Shown here piece by piece: positions 27,678 to 41,300 of a DNA stretch of 64,000 bases. A program made the position numbers and the translations under genes. The notes below the pieces were generated by a model that saw only the letters and a list, made by a program, of their open reading frames with translations, was not told the DNA's origin and did no database searches. Source of the stretch: Eledone cirrhosa (lineage: Eukaryota); NCBI GenBank assembly GCA_964016885.1, contig CAXHJY010001043.1, positions 1 through 64,000 on the forward strand, read 5' to 3'. Positions within the stretch are counted from its first letter, which is position 1. The number at the start of each line of letters is the position of its first letter.

Positions 27678-28678
27678 CTATTTACCAGGGGTTGTAACAT
27701 TCATGGTTCTGTAGGAAGTGTTTTCTTTAAGTGTTATAACAGAACTTGTTGATTCTGTGCTGCTCTGACTAGTATTATACAAATACTCATGGCGGCAAAG
27801 AGGTGACGCATCACTTGTTTTTGATTCTGTCAAATTGGAAAAGGAATCTGAGGGAGAAATACACGTGTCAAAGGAATCTGAGGGAGAAATACACGTGTCA
27901 AAGGAATCTTGTGGAGAATACAATGGGCTTATGTCTTCAAAACTGTCAGGAGAATAAGCTGAGGATTTATGATCTGCTCTATCGAGCGATACAGTTGCTG
28001 GTGCTATTCTCTCATTACACAAACTAGTAAAAAGCAATGAACTTTCAACACTGTGTTGTTTTGATCGGAAAGCTTTTCTTCGTGATGCTACCCTGCTCTG
28101 TGGACTTTGTGTTTGGTTATTAGACTTGGCAGCATTGTTCTCTTTTGAAGAGTAATCTGGGGCTTGTGAGGCATCTTTGTTGGCAGTAAAACGGTTCATA
28201 TGCGTGTTACAAAAAAACTCACCCAGATTGGATAAAATGTCTAAAGAGAAATCAATGTTACGCTGTTGAGATGTACTTCCATGTATGGATTCTTGATGGA
28301 AACGTTCTGCAGCTTGACGAAGAAGCACTGGAGACCCAGGCAGTGACTGACACTTGCGTCTTGCTAATGGACGTTTGTTGCGAGGATAACAGTCAGGAGT
28401 TATTGGTGTGCAAGGTGGTGTGAACGGTGAAGATGGTGATGGCAAGTCAAATGACAGATTCATGTCTCTATGAACTCCTAAGACTTTCTTACCATCGCAG
28501 AATTTGTTTAACAAGGTGAATGGGTTTGAACGAGCTGGGATGTAAAATGGATCAGCTTCACTCATAGTTAGACCAATGACTTTAGCAGTCATTGTAGGAT
28601 CATCATCCATCGATGACCAGTTGCAGGAATCTAAAATATTGTCTTCTGACCGGGACCTCTTGCAAGATGTTTTAGAAC
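27678..28678 (-). CDS. TESK: TESK-like kinase terminal exon, Ser/Pro-rich C-terminal tail
   Basis: tttcag acceptor at 28679-80, phase-compatible with ORF 27678..28610; contains NPF and RRKCQSLPGSP (cf. TESK RRCRSLPSSP 14-3-3 site); TAG stop. Confidence 0.9.
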
Positions 28679-28877
28679 CTGAAATATAGATTTTATAAAA
28701 TAAACCAAATGCTTAATCTAAAAAAAAATTATTTCTTGCATTTGTTACATCTACTCCTCACATCTATATCTTGCATCCTCACATCTATATATCGCATCAT
28801 CACATCTATTTTTTATATCACCCACATGTCTTCACATCTATATATTGCATTCTCACAACTATTTTTTACATCACCCA

Positions 28878-29052
28878 CTACACACTGTAAATGTGGCTGG
28901 CATTAGGAAGGGCATCCAGCTATAGAAACCAAACCAGAAACAGTTCTGTCCGAGCAAGACAAAATCATTTGGCCTAACCTGACTCACAATGAGATAACTC
29001 ATCTAACCCATGCTAGCACGGAAAAATGGGCATTAAACAGTGATGATGATGA
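28878..29052 (+). mobile_element. RTE-partner SINE 3' part
   Basis: ttaggaagggcatccagctatagaaa...ctaacccatgctagcacgg...tgatgatg. Confidence 0.8.
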
Positions 29053-29698
29053 CGATATCACATTTCCTCACATCTATAGCAAGATGTGATTCTACAACCT
29101 CTCCTGTCTCAGACTGTGACGACCCATCCATCACATACCAGCAGGGAAATTGGATATATGATGTTAACAGTGATGATTGTTTCTCACCTCCATATTTCAA
29201 AGCTGTAATTTTACAATTGACATAATAGAACCAATCAGGATTGATGTTTTACAGATGGAAGATTTTCATAACACTGAGCCACTCAACCAAAAAACTGTAA
29301 TGGCGCAATATTCAGCTAAGAAGGCAGCAGCAACTAGAATGGTTTAATCTGGTAGGCAATGCTTTAATATTATCCAATATGAAGGCCATCTAACAAGTAT
29401 AAGAGTGAGTGTATGTGTTTGTTTGTTTGGATTTTTTAATTCCAGGTAAAATCCATCTGACTAGCTTCCATACAGCTTGGTTCAACCCTAGGCTATGATA
29501 AATACATTTGCCCAGCATGCTACACAGTGGAATTGAACCCACTGCTTCATGATAGCAAAGCAAACGTTTTTAATCATTCAGCCATCTCTGTGTCCACTAC
29601 AAACAAAAATATCAACAAAAGTAACCCCCCTTATATTATAATGTAAGACTACAATAAAGAAAAAAAAATGGTCTGTTTTATGCTTATTAAATCCTTAC

Positions 29699-29801
29699 TT
29701 TTGTTATCTTTTCCAGGATTTCCAGGATTATTTAGAAAATGACGCATCTGCAGCACACATTCTACATTGTTAGCAAACGTTGGTCGTTTCAGTGGATCAA
29801 T
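29699..29801 (-). CDS. TESK: TESK-like kinase exon (IDPLKRPTFANNVECVLQMRHFLNNPGNPGKDNK)
   Basis: 103 nt, ttttag/gtaagg boundaries; subdomain XI DP..RP.F; ends in phase 1 matching the last exon. Confidence 0.9.
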
Positions 29802-30221
29802 CTAAAATTGAAGATAAGATTGTATAGTCATGGTTTAACAATTTTTGTTTTAGTATTGTTTTTAGTTTACTTTAACTTTTAACATCCTTTGCCACAAGAC
29901 AGTCTTAAAGACTATAAAATACGACTGTGATCATATCACATGAAATATTAAAGCTTTTACACTAATACTGCAAATTTCACAAGGATCTGTTCACTACTAA
30001 AGATACTACACACATTTCAATTAACAAAACCTTTTTTTAGGTATTTTCTACTAAACCATAGGATGTTATGAGTTAAACAGAATAAAAACACAAGCTAAAA
30101 TATAACTAATGACTTGCTTCTATGGTTGTCATGTTATACCTGTAACATTACAGGCGGATTCCATTCATGTAAAGAATCATCTCCAGTACCATGCTTCTTT
30201 CTGCTTAACAATTCTTAAATA

Positions 30222-30850
30222 GATGTGTGTGATGTTGCGTGGCAGTGAGACATGGCTGGTAAATGTAGAGGATATATGGAGAGATGTGGGCATGCCCACA
30301 AAGTCAGAAAACAGCACAGCTCCCATGACTTTCAGAAACATTTTTTCACGTTCAGAGTTGCTGAAGCATGGAACAAACTCCCTGCATCAGTTATTAGCTG
30401 TCGAGACACTGCATCCTTTAAAACCTCCATGCTTCCTGAGATTCGCCAACACTACACCTAATATTTCCCCTCCATACACATGCACACATGTATATCATGA
30501 CTCATACACTATTCACTTCCCTGACATTTGTATATTATTCTATGTACTATACATGCATCTTTGATGAGTTGTAGTGCACCTGAGCACTGTACACAATAAT
30601 TTCATTATGATTATTAAATAAAGCAAGCATGCTCTGTTGGATGTGTAATATTTGTGTGTATGAACAAGAGGGGGTAGGTGAACTGAGAGAAAGGCTGGGT
30701 ATATAAGAGGAATCAGATGTAATGTGCAAGAGAGAAGGCTATGCTGGTATGGACATATGATGCATATAGATGATGAATGCTGGATGAAGAAGTGCCAGGA
30801 AGTATCAGTAGACGAAAGTTGCAGTAGAAGAAGACCAAGAAAAACTGGGC
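30222..30850 (+). mobile_element. Old RTE RT fragment interrupted by a CR1-type LINE 3' end (~30285-30615)
   Basis: MLRGSETWLVNVEDIW...NKASMLCWMC...LCWYGHM around an insert encoding GHAHK...KHFFTFRVAEAWNKLP, typical of a CR1 ORF2 C-terminus. Confidence 0.8.
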
Positions 30851-30859
30851 AGAGGTGGT

Positions 30860-31152
30860 TAGCGTGAACTGTAACAGCTTCAACTCCTACTCCCTGTGTT
30901 AACGTAGTTAACTGTAACTGCTTCAACCCCTATTCTGTGTGTTAAGGGAATTAACTGTTTCACATCTCCTATTCTGTGTTAAGGGAGTTAATTAAATGTT
31001 TAGTAACACCTATTCTGTGTGTTAAAGCAGTTAACTACTTCAACCACTGCTCTATGTTGAGGGAGTTAACTAAATGTTTAGCAACCCCTATTCTGCGTGT
31101 TAAGGTAAATTAACTGTAACTGCTTCAACCCTTATTCTTTGTATTAAGGGAG
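30860..31152. repeat. Degenerate ~45-bp tandem repeat
   Basis: Recurring ttaactg..cttcaacccctattctgtgtgttaaggg. Confidence 0.8.
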
Positions 31153-31718
31153 TTAACTGAATTGCTTCAACCCTTTCTCCCCTTGCCCTTACTCTTTACA
31201 CCTTAACCTTCCGTCATTTTCCTCCATGCCCCGTCATGCAGCTGCACCAACCAGTGCTCTTTTATAACACTTCTTCTTTAATACATACACAACTACATAG
31301 AAACTTATTTCTTCCTTAGTTGTTTCCCTAGTTTTGACCTCTTTTAAACATATGTTGCCCCTGGTAGCACACTCTGTATGTATCCAGTTTGCAACTTTGC
31401 ATGTTGTAAGAGGTTCCTGAATGGACTGGCTTGAGGAAGAGAATTCAACTGTTCAAAATTACCTCAAAAAGACTTAAAGTCTAACTCCAGCTTAACAGTA
31501 AAAAAAACCCTTAAAATACTTTTAATGTTGTTGTTCTTTTTACAATCTCCTTCAGTCTTCACTAATATTTTTTGGCAGAGCATTCCAGACATATGTGCAC
31601 CCTTATCATAGTTGTCATGGAGATTCATTATGACACAGTGTGACAATGTTGAATTACAGGTACAACTCAATTTTTTCCAGCTGAGTGGACTGAAGAAATA
31701 TGAAATAAAGTGTCTTGC

Positions 31719-31944
31719 TTAACCCATTAGCACTTAAACCAGCTGTAACCAGCCAGAATTCTCTCACCTCTTTCTTTTCAAACTGGCTGTAACTGGCTAC
31801 TCACATTGATATTAAGGTATTGTTCTCAAAATAAATAATATCAAAATCCATAGATTTGATATTATGTGAGATAATTATGTGATAAAGCCTTTACCATGAA
31901 AATACAATAGAAAATATAGTGTAAAGTAAATGCTAAAGGGTTAA
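31719..31944. mobile_element. piggyBac-type MITE (family A) inserted in a SINE
   Basis: TTAA|ccc(a/t)ttagca ... tgctaaaggg|TTAA. Confidence 0.85.
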
Positions 31945-32070
31945 GGACACAATACACTGCCAAGGGATCAAATACACAACCTTATTATCATAGGCCAAAC
32001 TACTAATTCACACATCTTCACATAAAGAAGTAAACATATGGAAAAGGAATTATTGTTCTTATACACTTAC

Positions 32071-32157
32071 CTGACAACATCTGAATGCCAAGTGTAAGAA
32101 ATCTAATGGACAATATTCAACCATTTCACTAAATGCAATATAATCAAGCCCAAAGTT
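32071..32157 (-). CDS. TESK: TESK-like kinase exon (NFGLDYIAFSEMVEYCPLDFLHLAFRCCQ)
   Basis: 87 nt, ttgtag/gtaagt boundaries; FGLD...CP..FL.LAF.CC motif of TESK. Confidence 0.95.
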
Positions 32158-32232
32158 CTACAAAAAAAATAATAAATTGATTATGGACAAACTTTTATTC
32201 AATATAATTCATACAAAAAATTATTGTTGTGT

Positions 32233-32482
32233 TTAACCCTTTCATTACTATATTTCTAATGAAAAGCACTACATCTGATTTTCAAAATAATTGGTAAATG
32301 ATGAAGAATTTAGAATTATAAATAACTTTTACATTATGTATCCTCTGTCTGGAACATAACTTAATAAAGTTTCTTTTTATAAAATTATGATAAAAGGTTT
32401 TTAGATAAACACTTTAAAACAAAGTTTTATATTATATAGAGCCAGAGGTAATTTCGTGTGATTTGGTATCAAAAGAGTTTAA
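32233..32482. mobile_element. piggyBac-type MITE (family B) in a TESK intron
   Basis: ttaaccctttc start; homologous to 62245-62797, 58520-58705 and 12595-12820. Confidence 0.7.
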
Positions 32483-32502
32483 AAGAATGAGAGCAATCTT
32501 AC

Positions 32503-32586
32503 CTCTGTCCTTGGTAAAATGTCAGGGTCTGCATCTATTCTGGCTGTGATTTCACAAAGGATTATACCAAATGAGAAAATATCAGC
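32503..32586 (-). CDS. TESK: TESK-like kinase exon (ADIFSFGIILCEITARIDADPDILPRTE)
   Basis: 84 nt, tcaaag/gtaaga boundaries; subdomain IX plus the ADPD-LPRT motif of LIMK/TESK. Confidence 0.96.
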
Positions 32587-33062
32587 CTTTGAAAAGAGAA
32601 ATAATAAAGAAATAAAGAAATATATAATACATAATATATAATATATATTTATAATATATAATACATAATATATACATATAATATATATATATAAGTTTAT
32701 CATTACTAGTCTGTCACAAACATGTTATCTCTTCTCTCCCCATTAATTTCAATGGCTTAAGTTTTTTAACACAATATCTTACTTTCTTCTTGCCTTTTTA
32801 TCTTCATTGTTTTCCTTCATTTTATTCACAAGACTTTCGTGCTATAAAATCACAACACTTTCTCTCTGACATCACATAAACTTCTGTATACTTGTTATAG
32901 TTTAATTGCTATAAGTTAGTGTTTTGTCTTTTCTCTTACTCCACTGGAGAGTACTTTGGCTTGTGTCAGACGCTGTGACGCAGAGTGGACCAGCAGTACA
33001 CATGTGAGCTCTTTAATTGCTCTGAGAGGTTAGTCATTTCTCCTAGATGTACCTCATGTATA

Positions 33063-33360
33063 TCAGAAGATGCTGTTTAGGACAGCTTCTTTGACTTCTT
33101 GATTGAACCAAGGGGTCCTGCTGTCATCTGGCGCCACACCAAGCCGCTTTCGCCCACAGTATTTAATAGTTGAAACAGATACTGCTGAACTGAACAATCT
33201 CCACTCCATTTCAACATCCTCAGTTTTCTCAGGGAGTTCTCTGAATTTGGATGCAATAGTATCTGCATACCTGGTCCTGACGTCTTTATCCACAAACGCT
33301 TCCCGCTTTATCCTGCAGGTCGACCTGGATCTACCAGTTTTGTGGGTTACTTTGGCTTTA
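33063..33360 (-). mobile_element. Fragment of a different RTE-clade LINE (EN-RT linker)
   Basis: EMEWRLF...CGRK...RTPWFNQEVKEAV linker motifs. Confidence 0.75.
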
Positions 33361-33982
33361 GGTAGTCTCCTGGTGTTTAGAGCATAAATTAACAAAATGT
33401 CTTACATAAAATCATGATAAGTTTTTAGATATATAGGATAAAGATCCCATAACTCCTTGTGGAGTCGTAGATGTACCATCATACGGCGTGTCTAGGCCAC
33501 TTTTAAACCTGGTGGAGCCCAACCCTCAACAGGTCTGGACACAGCTGATTTTTTCTATAGAGGAAGAATCAACCTCAGTACTGGACTGGTACTTTTTTTT
33601 ATCAATCTCGAAAGGATGAAAGGCAAAGTTGACCATGGCGGGATTTAAACTCAGAACACGCAAAAAGGTGGAACGAATACTGTAAAGCATTCTATCTGAT
33701 TCGCTGCCATATTTTAAATATATATAAACATTTTAAAACAAATAAGTTTATATCATAGAACTAGGGGTGGTGTCAGGTGGTTTGGTTTCAAAAGTGTTAA
33801 TATACACTGATTGAATTCAGCTCCTAAACCTGTAAACATATCAAGACAGAGCAAAACCCAAATCAGAGCACGTTCTAACTTCCACACTGAACTCTTTACA
33901 ACAAACATTACTGAAGTTTAGTGAGTTAAATAAGCACAAAAATGGATTAATTATTATTATTAAAAATATATGTTTAATTAAC

Positions 33983-34064
33983 CTTTTCATCATATTTTTT
34001 GCCTTTTAGAACTTCTGGAGCCATCCAATATGGAGAGCCAACAATAGACAGATGAATATCTTCT
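33983..34064 (-). CDS. TESK: TESK-like kinase exon (EDIHLSIVGSPYWMAPEVLKGKKYDEK)
   Basis: 82 nt, ttccag/gttaat boundaries; activation segment VGSPYWMAPE as in TESK. Confidence 0.95.
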
Positions 34065-34357
34065 CTGGAAAGGGAAAAAATAAAAAATAAAATTAAACAA
34101 CAACAACAATGTGTGTGTGTGAGAGTGTGTGTGTTGTGAACCTCTGTCAGTCCTCACAATGTGTGTGTGTTGTGAACTTCTGTCAATCCTAAAAATGTGT
34201 GAGTGCGTGTGTGTTGTGTAACATGTGCACCACTAACGTATTTTTCAGGGAGACTCAGCATGACACAATGTGTGATATGACTGACCCTTTGAATTACAGG
34301 TACAACTTATTTTTGACAGTTAAGTGAACTGGAGGAACATGGAATAAAGTATCTTGG

Positions 34358-34802
34358 TAAACTCTTTAGCATTTACATTACTCTGTATTTACTATTGAAT
34401 TTTCGCAGTAAAGGCTTTACCTCACATGAATATCTCACATAATATCAAATCTATGAGATTTTGATATTTATTTTGAGAATAATACCTTAACCCTTTAGCA
34501 TTTAAACCGGATGTATCTGGCCAAAATTCTTTCACCTCTTTCTGTTCAAACCGGCTGCAACTGGCCACTCATATTGATGTTTAGGTATTGTTCTCAAAAT
34601 AAATAATATCAAAATCTCCTAGATTCGATATTATGTGAGATAATTATGTAAGATAAAGCCTTTACCATAAAAATACAATAGTATATATAGAGTAATGTTA
34701 ACCAAAGGGTTAACATCAGTATGAGTGGCCAGTTACGACCGGTTTGGACAGAAAGAGGTGAGAGAATTCTGACCAGATACAGTTTAAATGCTAAAGGGTT
34801 AA
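34358..34802. mobile_element. piggyBac-type MITE A with a second MITE A copy (34487..34713) nested in opposite orientation
   Basis: Inner TTAA-ccctttagca...aaaggg-TTAA interrupts aatacc|TTAA|catcagtatg, which is contiguous at 59441-59460. Confidence 0.88.
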
Positions 34803-35178
34803 GGGTACAATGTGGTGCTGGAAATCGAACTCATAACCTCACGACTAAGCACATATCTTCAAAAAATTAATAATAATTAGTCACAGATGGTATTGAATTA
34901 AACCATCATTATGACATATCTGCTTTAATATATTTAATTCAGTAATATAGGAATAGTTATTTACAATTTTGTGATAAGCCATTGCTTATCACAGAAGGAA
35001 CCATAGAGTATCTGCCACATTAAATGTCACAAAACCAAACAAGTTACGTGTCAATGCCACAGGGACAGATCACAGCTAAATAAGACGATCCTCAAATTAC
35101 TAAATCATCTAAAAAAAACTCTCCCATTGAAGAAACAAAACAGTAATAAAATAAAAAAAGAGATAAAATATTACATAC

Positions 35179-35264
35179 AAAGGATCAGGAATTTTGGCAG
35201 CCAAGCCAAAATCAGCAACTATAGCAGTGTAGACATCATCATCAGAAATCTTGATGAGAATATT
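35179..35264 (-). CDS. TESK: TESK-like kinase exon (NILIKISDDDVYTAIVADFGLAAKIPDP)
   Basis: 86 nt, ttctag/gtatgt boundaries, contains DFG; ends in phase 2 matching next exon. Confidence 0.95.
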
Positions 35265-35386
35265 CTAGAAAATAAATACAAAATTGTTCTAAATTTATAT
35301 ATTATTTCAGAATATACTTTAAATGAGGAATTCATTTTTATGAAACCTGTTTGAATGAAACAAAAACTAATTATGAAAAAGTACTT

Positions 35387-38300
35387 ATCATCATCATCAT
35401 CAACGTTTGATGTTTATCTTCCATGCTTGGATGGGTTACACTGGTTGTCTCATGGTGAAGTAAGTCAAGTCTATATTCCCCACTAGCATGGGTTAGACAG
35501 GTTGTCATGTGAGGTAAGTCAGGTCTATATTACATGCTAGCATGGGTTAGACAGGTTGTCATGTGAGGTAAGTCAGGTCTATATTCCATGCTAGCATGGG
35601 TTAGACAAGTTGTCATGTGAGGTCAATCAGGTCTATATTACATGTTAGCATCGGTTAGACAGGTTGTCATGTGAGGTAAATCAGGTCTATATTACATGCT
35701 AGCATGGATTAGACAGGTTGTCATGTGAGGCAAGTCAGGTCTATATGACATGCTAGCATGGGTTAGACAGGTTGTCATGTGAGTTAAATCAGGTCTATAT
35801 TACATGCTAGCATGGGTTAGACAGGTTGTCATGTGAGGTAAGTCAGGTCTATATTCCATGCTAGCATGGGTTAGACAAGTTGTCATGTGAGGTAAGTCAG
35901 GTCTATATTCCATGCTAGCATGGGTTAGACAAGTTGTCATGTGAGGCAAGTCAGGTCTATATTCCATGCTAGCATGGGTTAGACAAGTTGTCATGTGAGG
36001 CAAGTCAGGTCTATATTACATGCTAGCATGGATTAGACAAGTTGTCATGTGAGGCAAGTCAGGTCTATATTACATGCTAGCATGGGTTAGACAGGTTGTC
36101 ATGTGAGGTAAGTCAGGTCTATATTCCATGCTAGCATGGATTAGACAGGTTGTCATGTGAGGCAAGTCAGGTCTATATTACATGCTAGCATGGGTTAGAC
36201 AGGTTGTCATGTGAGGTAAGTCAGGTCTATATTCCATGCTAGCATGGGTTAGACAAGTTGTCATGTGAGGCAAGTCAGGTCAATATTACATGCTAGCATG
36301 GGTTAGACAGGTTGTCATGTGAGGCAAGTCAGGTCTATATTACATGCTAGCATGGATTAGACAGGTTGTCATGTGAGGTAAGTCAGGTCTATATTACATG
36401 CTAGCATGGGTTAGACAAGTTGTCATGTAAGGCAAGTCAGGTCTATATTACATGCTAGCATGGGTTAGACAAGTTGTCATGTGAGGTAAGTCAGGTCTAT
36501 ATTCCGTGCTAGCATGGATTAGACAGGTTGTCATGTGAGGCAAGTCAGGTCTATATTACATGCTAGCATGGGTTAGACAAGTTGTCATGTGAGGCAAGTC
36601 AGGTCTATATTACATGCTAGCATGGGTTAGACAAGTTGTCATGTGAGGCAAGTCAGGTCTATATTACATGCTAGCATGGATTAGACAGGTTGTCATGTGA
36701 GGCAAGTCAGGTCTATATTCCATGCTAGCATGGGTTAGACAAGTTGTCATGTGAGGCAAGTCAGGTCTATATTACATGCTAGCATGGGTTAGACAGGTTG
36801 TCATGTGAGGTAAGTCAGGTCTATATTACATGCTGGCATGGGTTAGACAGGTTGTCATGTGAGGTAAGTCATGTCTATATTACATGCTAGCATGGGTTAG
36901 ACAAGTTGTCATGTGAGGCAAGTCAGGTCTATATTACATGCTAGCATGGGTTAGACAGGTTGTCATGTGAGGCAAGTCAGGTCTATATTACATGCTAGCA
37001 TGGATTAGACAGGTTGTCATGTGAGGTAAGTCAGGTCTATATTCCATGCTAGCATGGATTAGACAGGTTGTCATGTGAGGTAAGTCAGGTCTATATTACA
37101 TGCTAGCATGGATTAGACAGGTTGTCATGTGAGGTAAGTCAGGTCTATATTCCATGCTAGCATGGATTAGACAGGTTGTCATGTGAGGTAAGTCAGGTCT
37201 ATATTCCATGCTAGCATGGATTAGACAGGTTGTCATGTGAGGTAAGTCAGGTCTATATTCCATGCTAGCATGGATTAGACAGGTTGTCATGTGAGGTAAG
37301 TCAGGTCTATATTACATGCTAGCATGGATTAGACAGGTTGTCATGTGAGGTAAGTCAGGTCTATATTCCATGCTAGCATGGATTAGACAGGTTGTCATGT
37401 GAGGTAAGTCAGGTCTATATTCCATGCTAGCATGGATTAGACAGGTTGTCATGTGAGGTAAGTCAGGTCTATATTACATGCTAGCATGGGTTAGACAAGT
37501 TGTCATGTGAGGCAAGTCAGGTCTATATTACATGCTAGCATGGATTAGACAGGTTGTCATGTGAGGCAAGTCAGGTCTATATTCCATGCTAGCATGGGTT
37601 AGACAAGTTGTCATGTGAGGCAAGTCAGGTCTATATTCCACGCTAGCATGGATTAGACAGGTTGTCATGTGAGGCAAGTCAGGTCTATATTCCATGCTAG
37701 CATGGGTTAGACAAGTTGTCATGTGAGGCAAGTCAGGTCTATATTACATGCTAGCATGGGTTAGACAGGTTGTCATGTGAGGTAAGTCAGGTCTATATTA
37801 CATGCTGGCATGGGTTAGACAGGTTGTCATGTGAGGTAAGTCATGTCTATATTACATGCTAGCATGGGTTAGACGGGTTGTCATGTGAGGTAAATCAGGT
37901 CTATATTACATGCTAGCATGGGTTAGACAGGTTGTCATGTGAGGCAAGTCAGGTCTATATTACATGCTAGCATGGGTTAGAGAGGTTGTCATGTGAGGTA
38001 AGTCAGGTCTATATTACATGCTAGCATGGGTTAGACAGGTTGTCATGTGAGGCAAGTCAGGTCTATATTCCATGCTAGCATGGGTTAGACAGGTTGTCAT
38101 GTGAGGCAAGTCAGGTCTATATTCCATGCTAGCATGGGTTAGACAGGTTGTCATGTGAGGCAAGTCAGGTCTATATTACATGCTAGCATGGGTTAGACAG
38201 GTTGTCATGTGAGGTAAGTCAGGTCTATATTCCATGCTAGCATGGATTAGACAGGTTGTCATGTGAGGCAAGTCAGGTCTATATTACATGCTAGCATGGG

Positions 38301-41300
38301 TTAGACAGGTTGTCATGTGATGTAAGTCAGGTCTATATTCCATGCTAGCATGGGTTAGACAAGTTGTCATGTGAGGCAAGTCAGGTCTATATTACATGCT
38401 AGCATGGGTTAGACAGGTTGTCATGTGAGGCAAGTCAGGTCTATATTACATGCTAGCATGGGTTAGACAAGTTGTCATGTGAGGCAAGTCAGGTCTATAT
38501 TACATGCTAGCATGGGTTAGACAAGTTGTCATGTGAAGCAAGTCAGGTCTATATTACATGCTAGCATGGATTAGACAAGTTGTCATGTGAGGCAAGTCAG
38601 GTCTATATTCCATGCTAGCATGGGTTAGACAAGTTGTCATGTGAGGCAAGTCAGGTCTATATTACATGCTAGCATGGGTTAGACAGGTTGTCATGTGAGG
38701 TAAGTCAGGTCTATATTACATGCTAGCATGGGTTAGAGAGGTTGTCATGTGAGGTAAGTCAGGTCTATATTACATGCTAGCATGGGTTAGACAGGTTGTC
38801 ATGTGAGGCAAGTCAGGTCTATATTCCATGCTAGCATGGGTTAGACAGGTTGTCATGTGAGGCAAGTCAGGTCTATATTCCATGCTAGCATGGGTTAGAC
38901 AGGTTGTCATGTGAGGCAAGTCAGGTCTATATTACATGCTAGAATGGGTTAGACAGGTTGTCATGTGAGGTAAGTCAGGTCTATATTACGTGCTAGCATG
39001 GGTTAGACAGGTTTTCATGTGAGGTAAGTCAGGTCTATATTACGTGCTAGCATGGATTGGACAGGTTGTCATGTGAAGTAAGTCAGGTCTATATTACGTG
39101 CTAGCATGGGTCAGACAGGTTGTCATGTGAGGTAAATCAGGCCTATATTACATGCTAGCATGGATTAGACAGGTTGTCATGTGAGGCAAGTCAGGTCTAT
39201 ATTACGTGCTAGCATGGGTTAGACAGGTTGTCATGTGGGGCAAGTCAGGTCTATATTCCATGCTAGCATGGATTAGACAGGTTGTCATGTGAGGCAAGTC
39301 AGGTCTATATTACATGCTAGCATGGGTTAGGCAGGTTGTCATGTGAGGCAAGTCAGGTCTATATTCCATGCTAGCATGGATTAGACAGGTTGTCATGTGA
39401 GGTAAGTTAGGTCTATATTACATGCTAGCATGGGTTAGACAGGTTGTCATGTGAGATAAGTCAGGTCTATATTACATGCTAGCATGGGTTAGACAAGTTG
39501 TCATGTGAGGTAAGTCAGGTCTATATTACATGCTAGCATGGGTTAGGCAGGTTGTCATGTGAGGCAAGTCAGGTCTATATTACGTGCTAGCATGGGTCAG
39601 ACAGGTTGTCATGTGAGGTAAATCAGGTCTATATTACATGCTAGCATGGATTAGACAGGTTGTCATGGGAGGCAAGTCAGGTCTATATTACGTGTTAGCA
39701 TGGGTTAGACAGGTTTTGATGTGAGGTAAGTCAGGTCTATATTACATGCTAGCATGGGTTAGACAGGTTGTCATGTGAGGTAAGTCAGGTCTATATTACA
39801 TGCTAGCATGGATTAGACAGGTTGTCATGTGAGGTAAATCAGGTCTATATTACGTGCTAGCATGGGTTAGACAGGTTGTCATGTGAGGCAAGTCAGGTCT
39901 ATATTACATGCCAGCATGGATTAGACAGGTTGTCATGTGAGGTAAGTCAGGTCTATATTATGTGCTAGCATGGGTCAGACAGGTTGTCATGTGAGGTAAA
40001 TCAGGTCTATATTACATGCTAGCATGGAATAGACAGGTTGTCATGGGAGGCAAGTGAGGTCTATATTACGTGCTAGCAAGGGTTAGACAGGTTGTCATGT
40101 GAGGCAAGTCAGGTCTATATTCCATGCTAGCATGGATTAGACAGGTTCTCATGTGAGGTAAGTCAGGTCTATATTCCATGCTAGCATGGGTTAGACAGGT
40201 TGTCATGTGAGGTAAGTCAGGTCTATATTACATGCTAGCATGGATTAGACAGGTTGTCATGTGAGGCAAGTCAGGTCTATATTACGTGGTAGCATGGGTT
40301 AGACAGGTTGTCATGTGAGGCAAGTCAGGTCTATATTCCATGCTAGCATGGATTAGACAGGTTGTCATGTGAGGTAAGTCAGGTTTATATTCCATGCTAG
40401 CATGGGTTAGACAGGTTGTCATGTGAGGTAAGTCAGGTCTATATTACATGCTAGCATGGATTAGACAGGTTGTCATGTGAGGTAAGTCAGGTCTATATTA
40501 CATGCTAGCATGGATTAGACAGGTTGTCATGTGAGGTAAGTCAGGTCTATATTACATGCTAGCATGGATTAGACAGGTTGTCATGTGAGGTAAGTCAGGT
40601 CTATATTACATGCTAGCATGGATTAGACAGGTTGTCATGTGAGGCAAGTCAGGTCTATATTACATGCTAGCATGGGTTAGACAGGTTGTCATGTGAGGCA
40701 AGTCAGGTCTATATTACATGCTAGCATGGATTAGACAGGTTGTCATGTGAGGCAAGTCAGGTCTATATTACATGCTAGCATGGGTTAGACAGGTTGTCAT
40801 GTGAGGCAAGTCAGGTCTATATTCCATGCTAGCATGGGTTAGACAGGTTGTCATGTGAGGCAAGTCAGGTCTATATTCCATGCTAGCATGGATTAGACAG
40901 GTAGTCATGTGAGGTAAGTCAGGTTTATATTCCATGCTAGCATGGGTTAGACAGGTTTTCATGTGAGGTAAGTCAGGTCTATATTACATGCTAGCATGGA
41001 TTAGACAGGTTGTCATGTGAGGCAAGTCAGGTCTATATTACATGCTAGCATGGATTAGACAGGTTGTCATGTGAGGCAAGTCAGGTCTATATTACATGCT
41101 AGCATGGGTTAGACAGGTTGTCATGTGAAGCAAGTCAGGTCTATATTACATGCTAGCATGGATTAGACAGGTTGTCATGTGAGGCAAGTCAGGTCTATAT
41201 TCCATGCTAGCATGGGTTAGACAGGTTGTCATGTGAGGCAAGTCAGGTCTATATTCCATGCTAGCATGGGTTAGACAGGTTGTCATGTGAGGCAAGTCAG

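Noticed and set aside
29060-29390. Possible extra TESK exon
   Set aside because: The candidate acceptor near 29390 leads to an early stop in the required phase; flanking exons already join in frame
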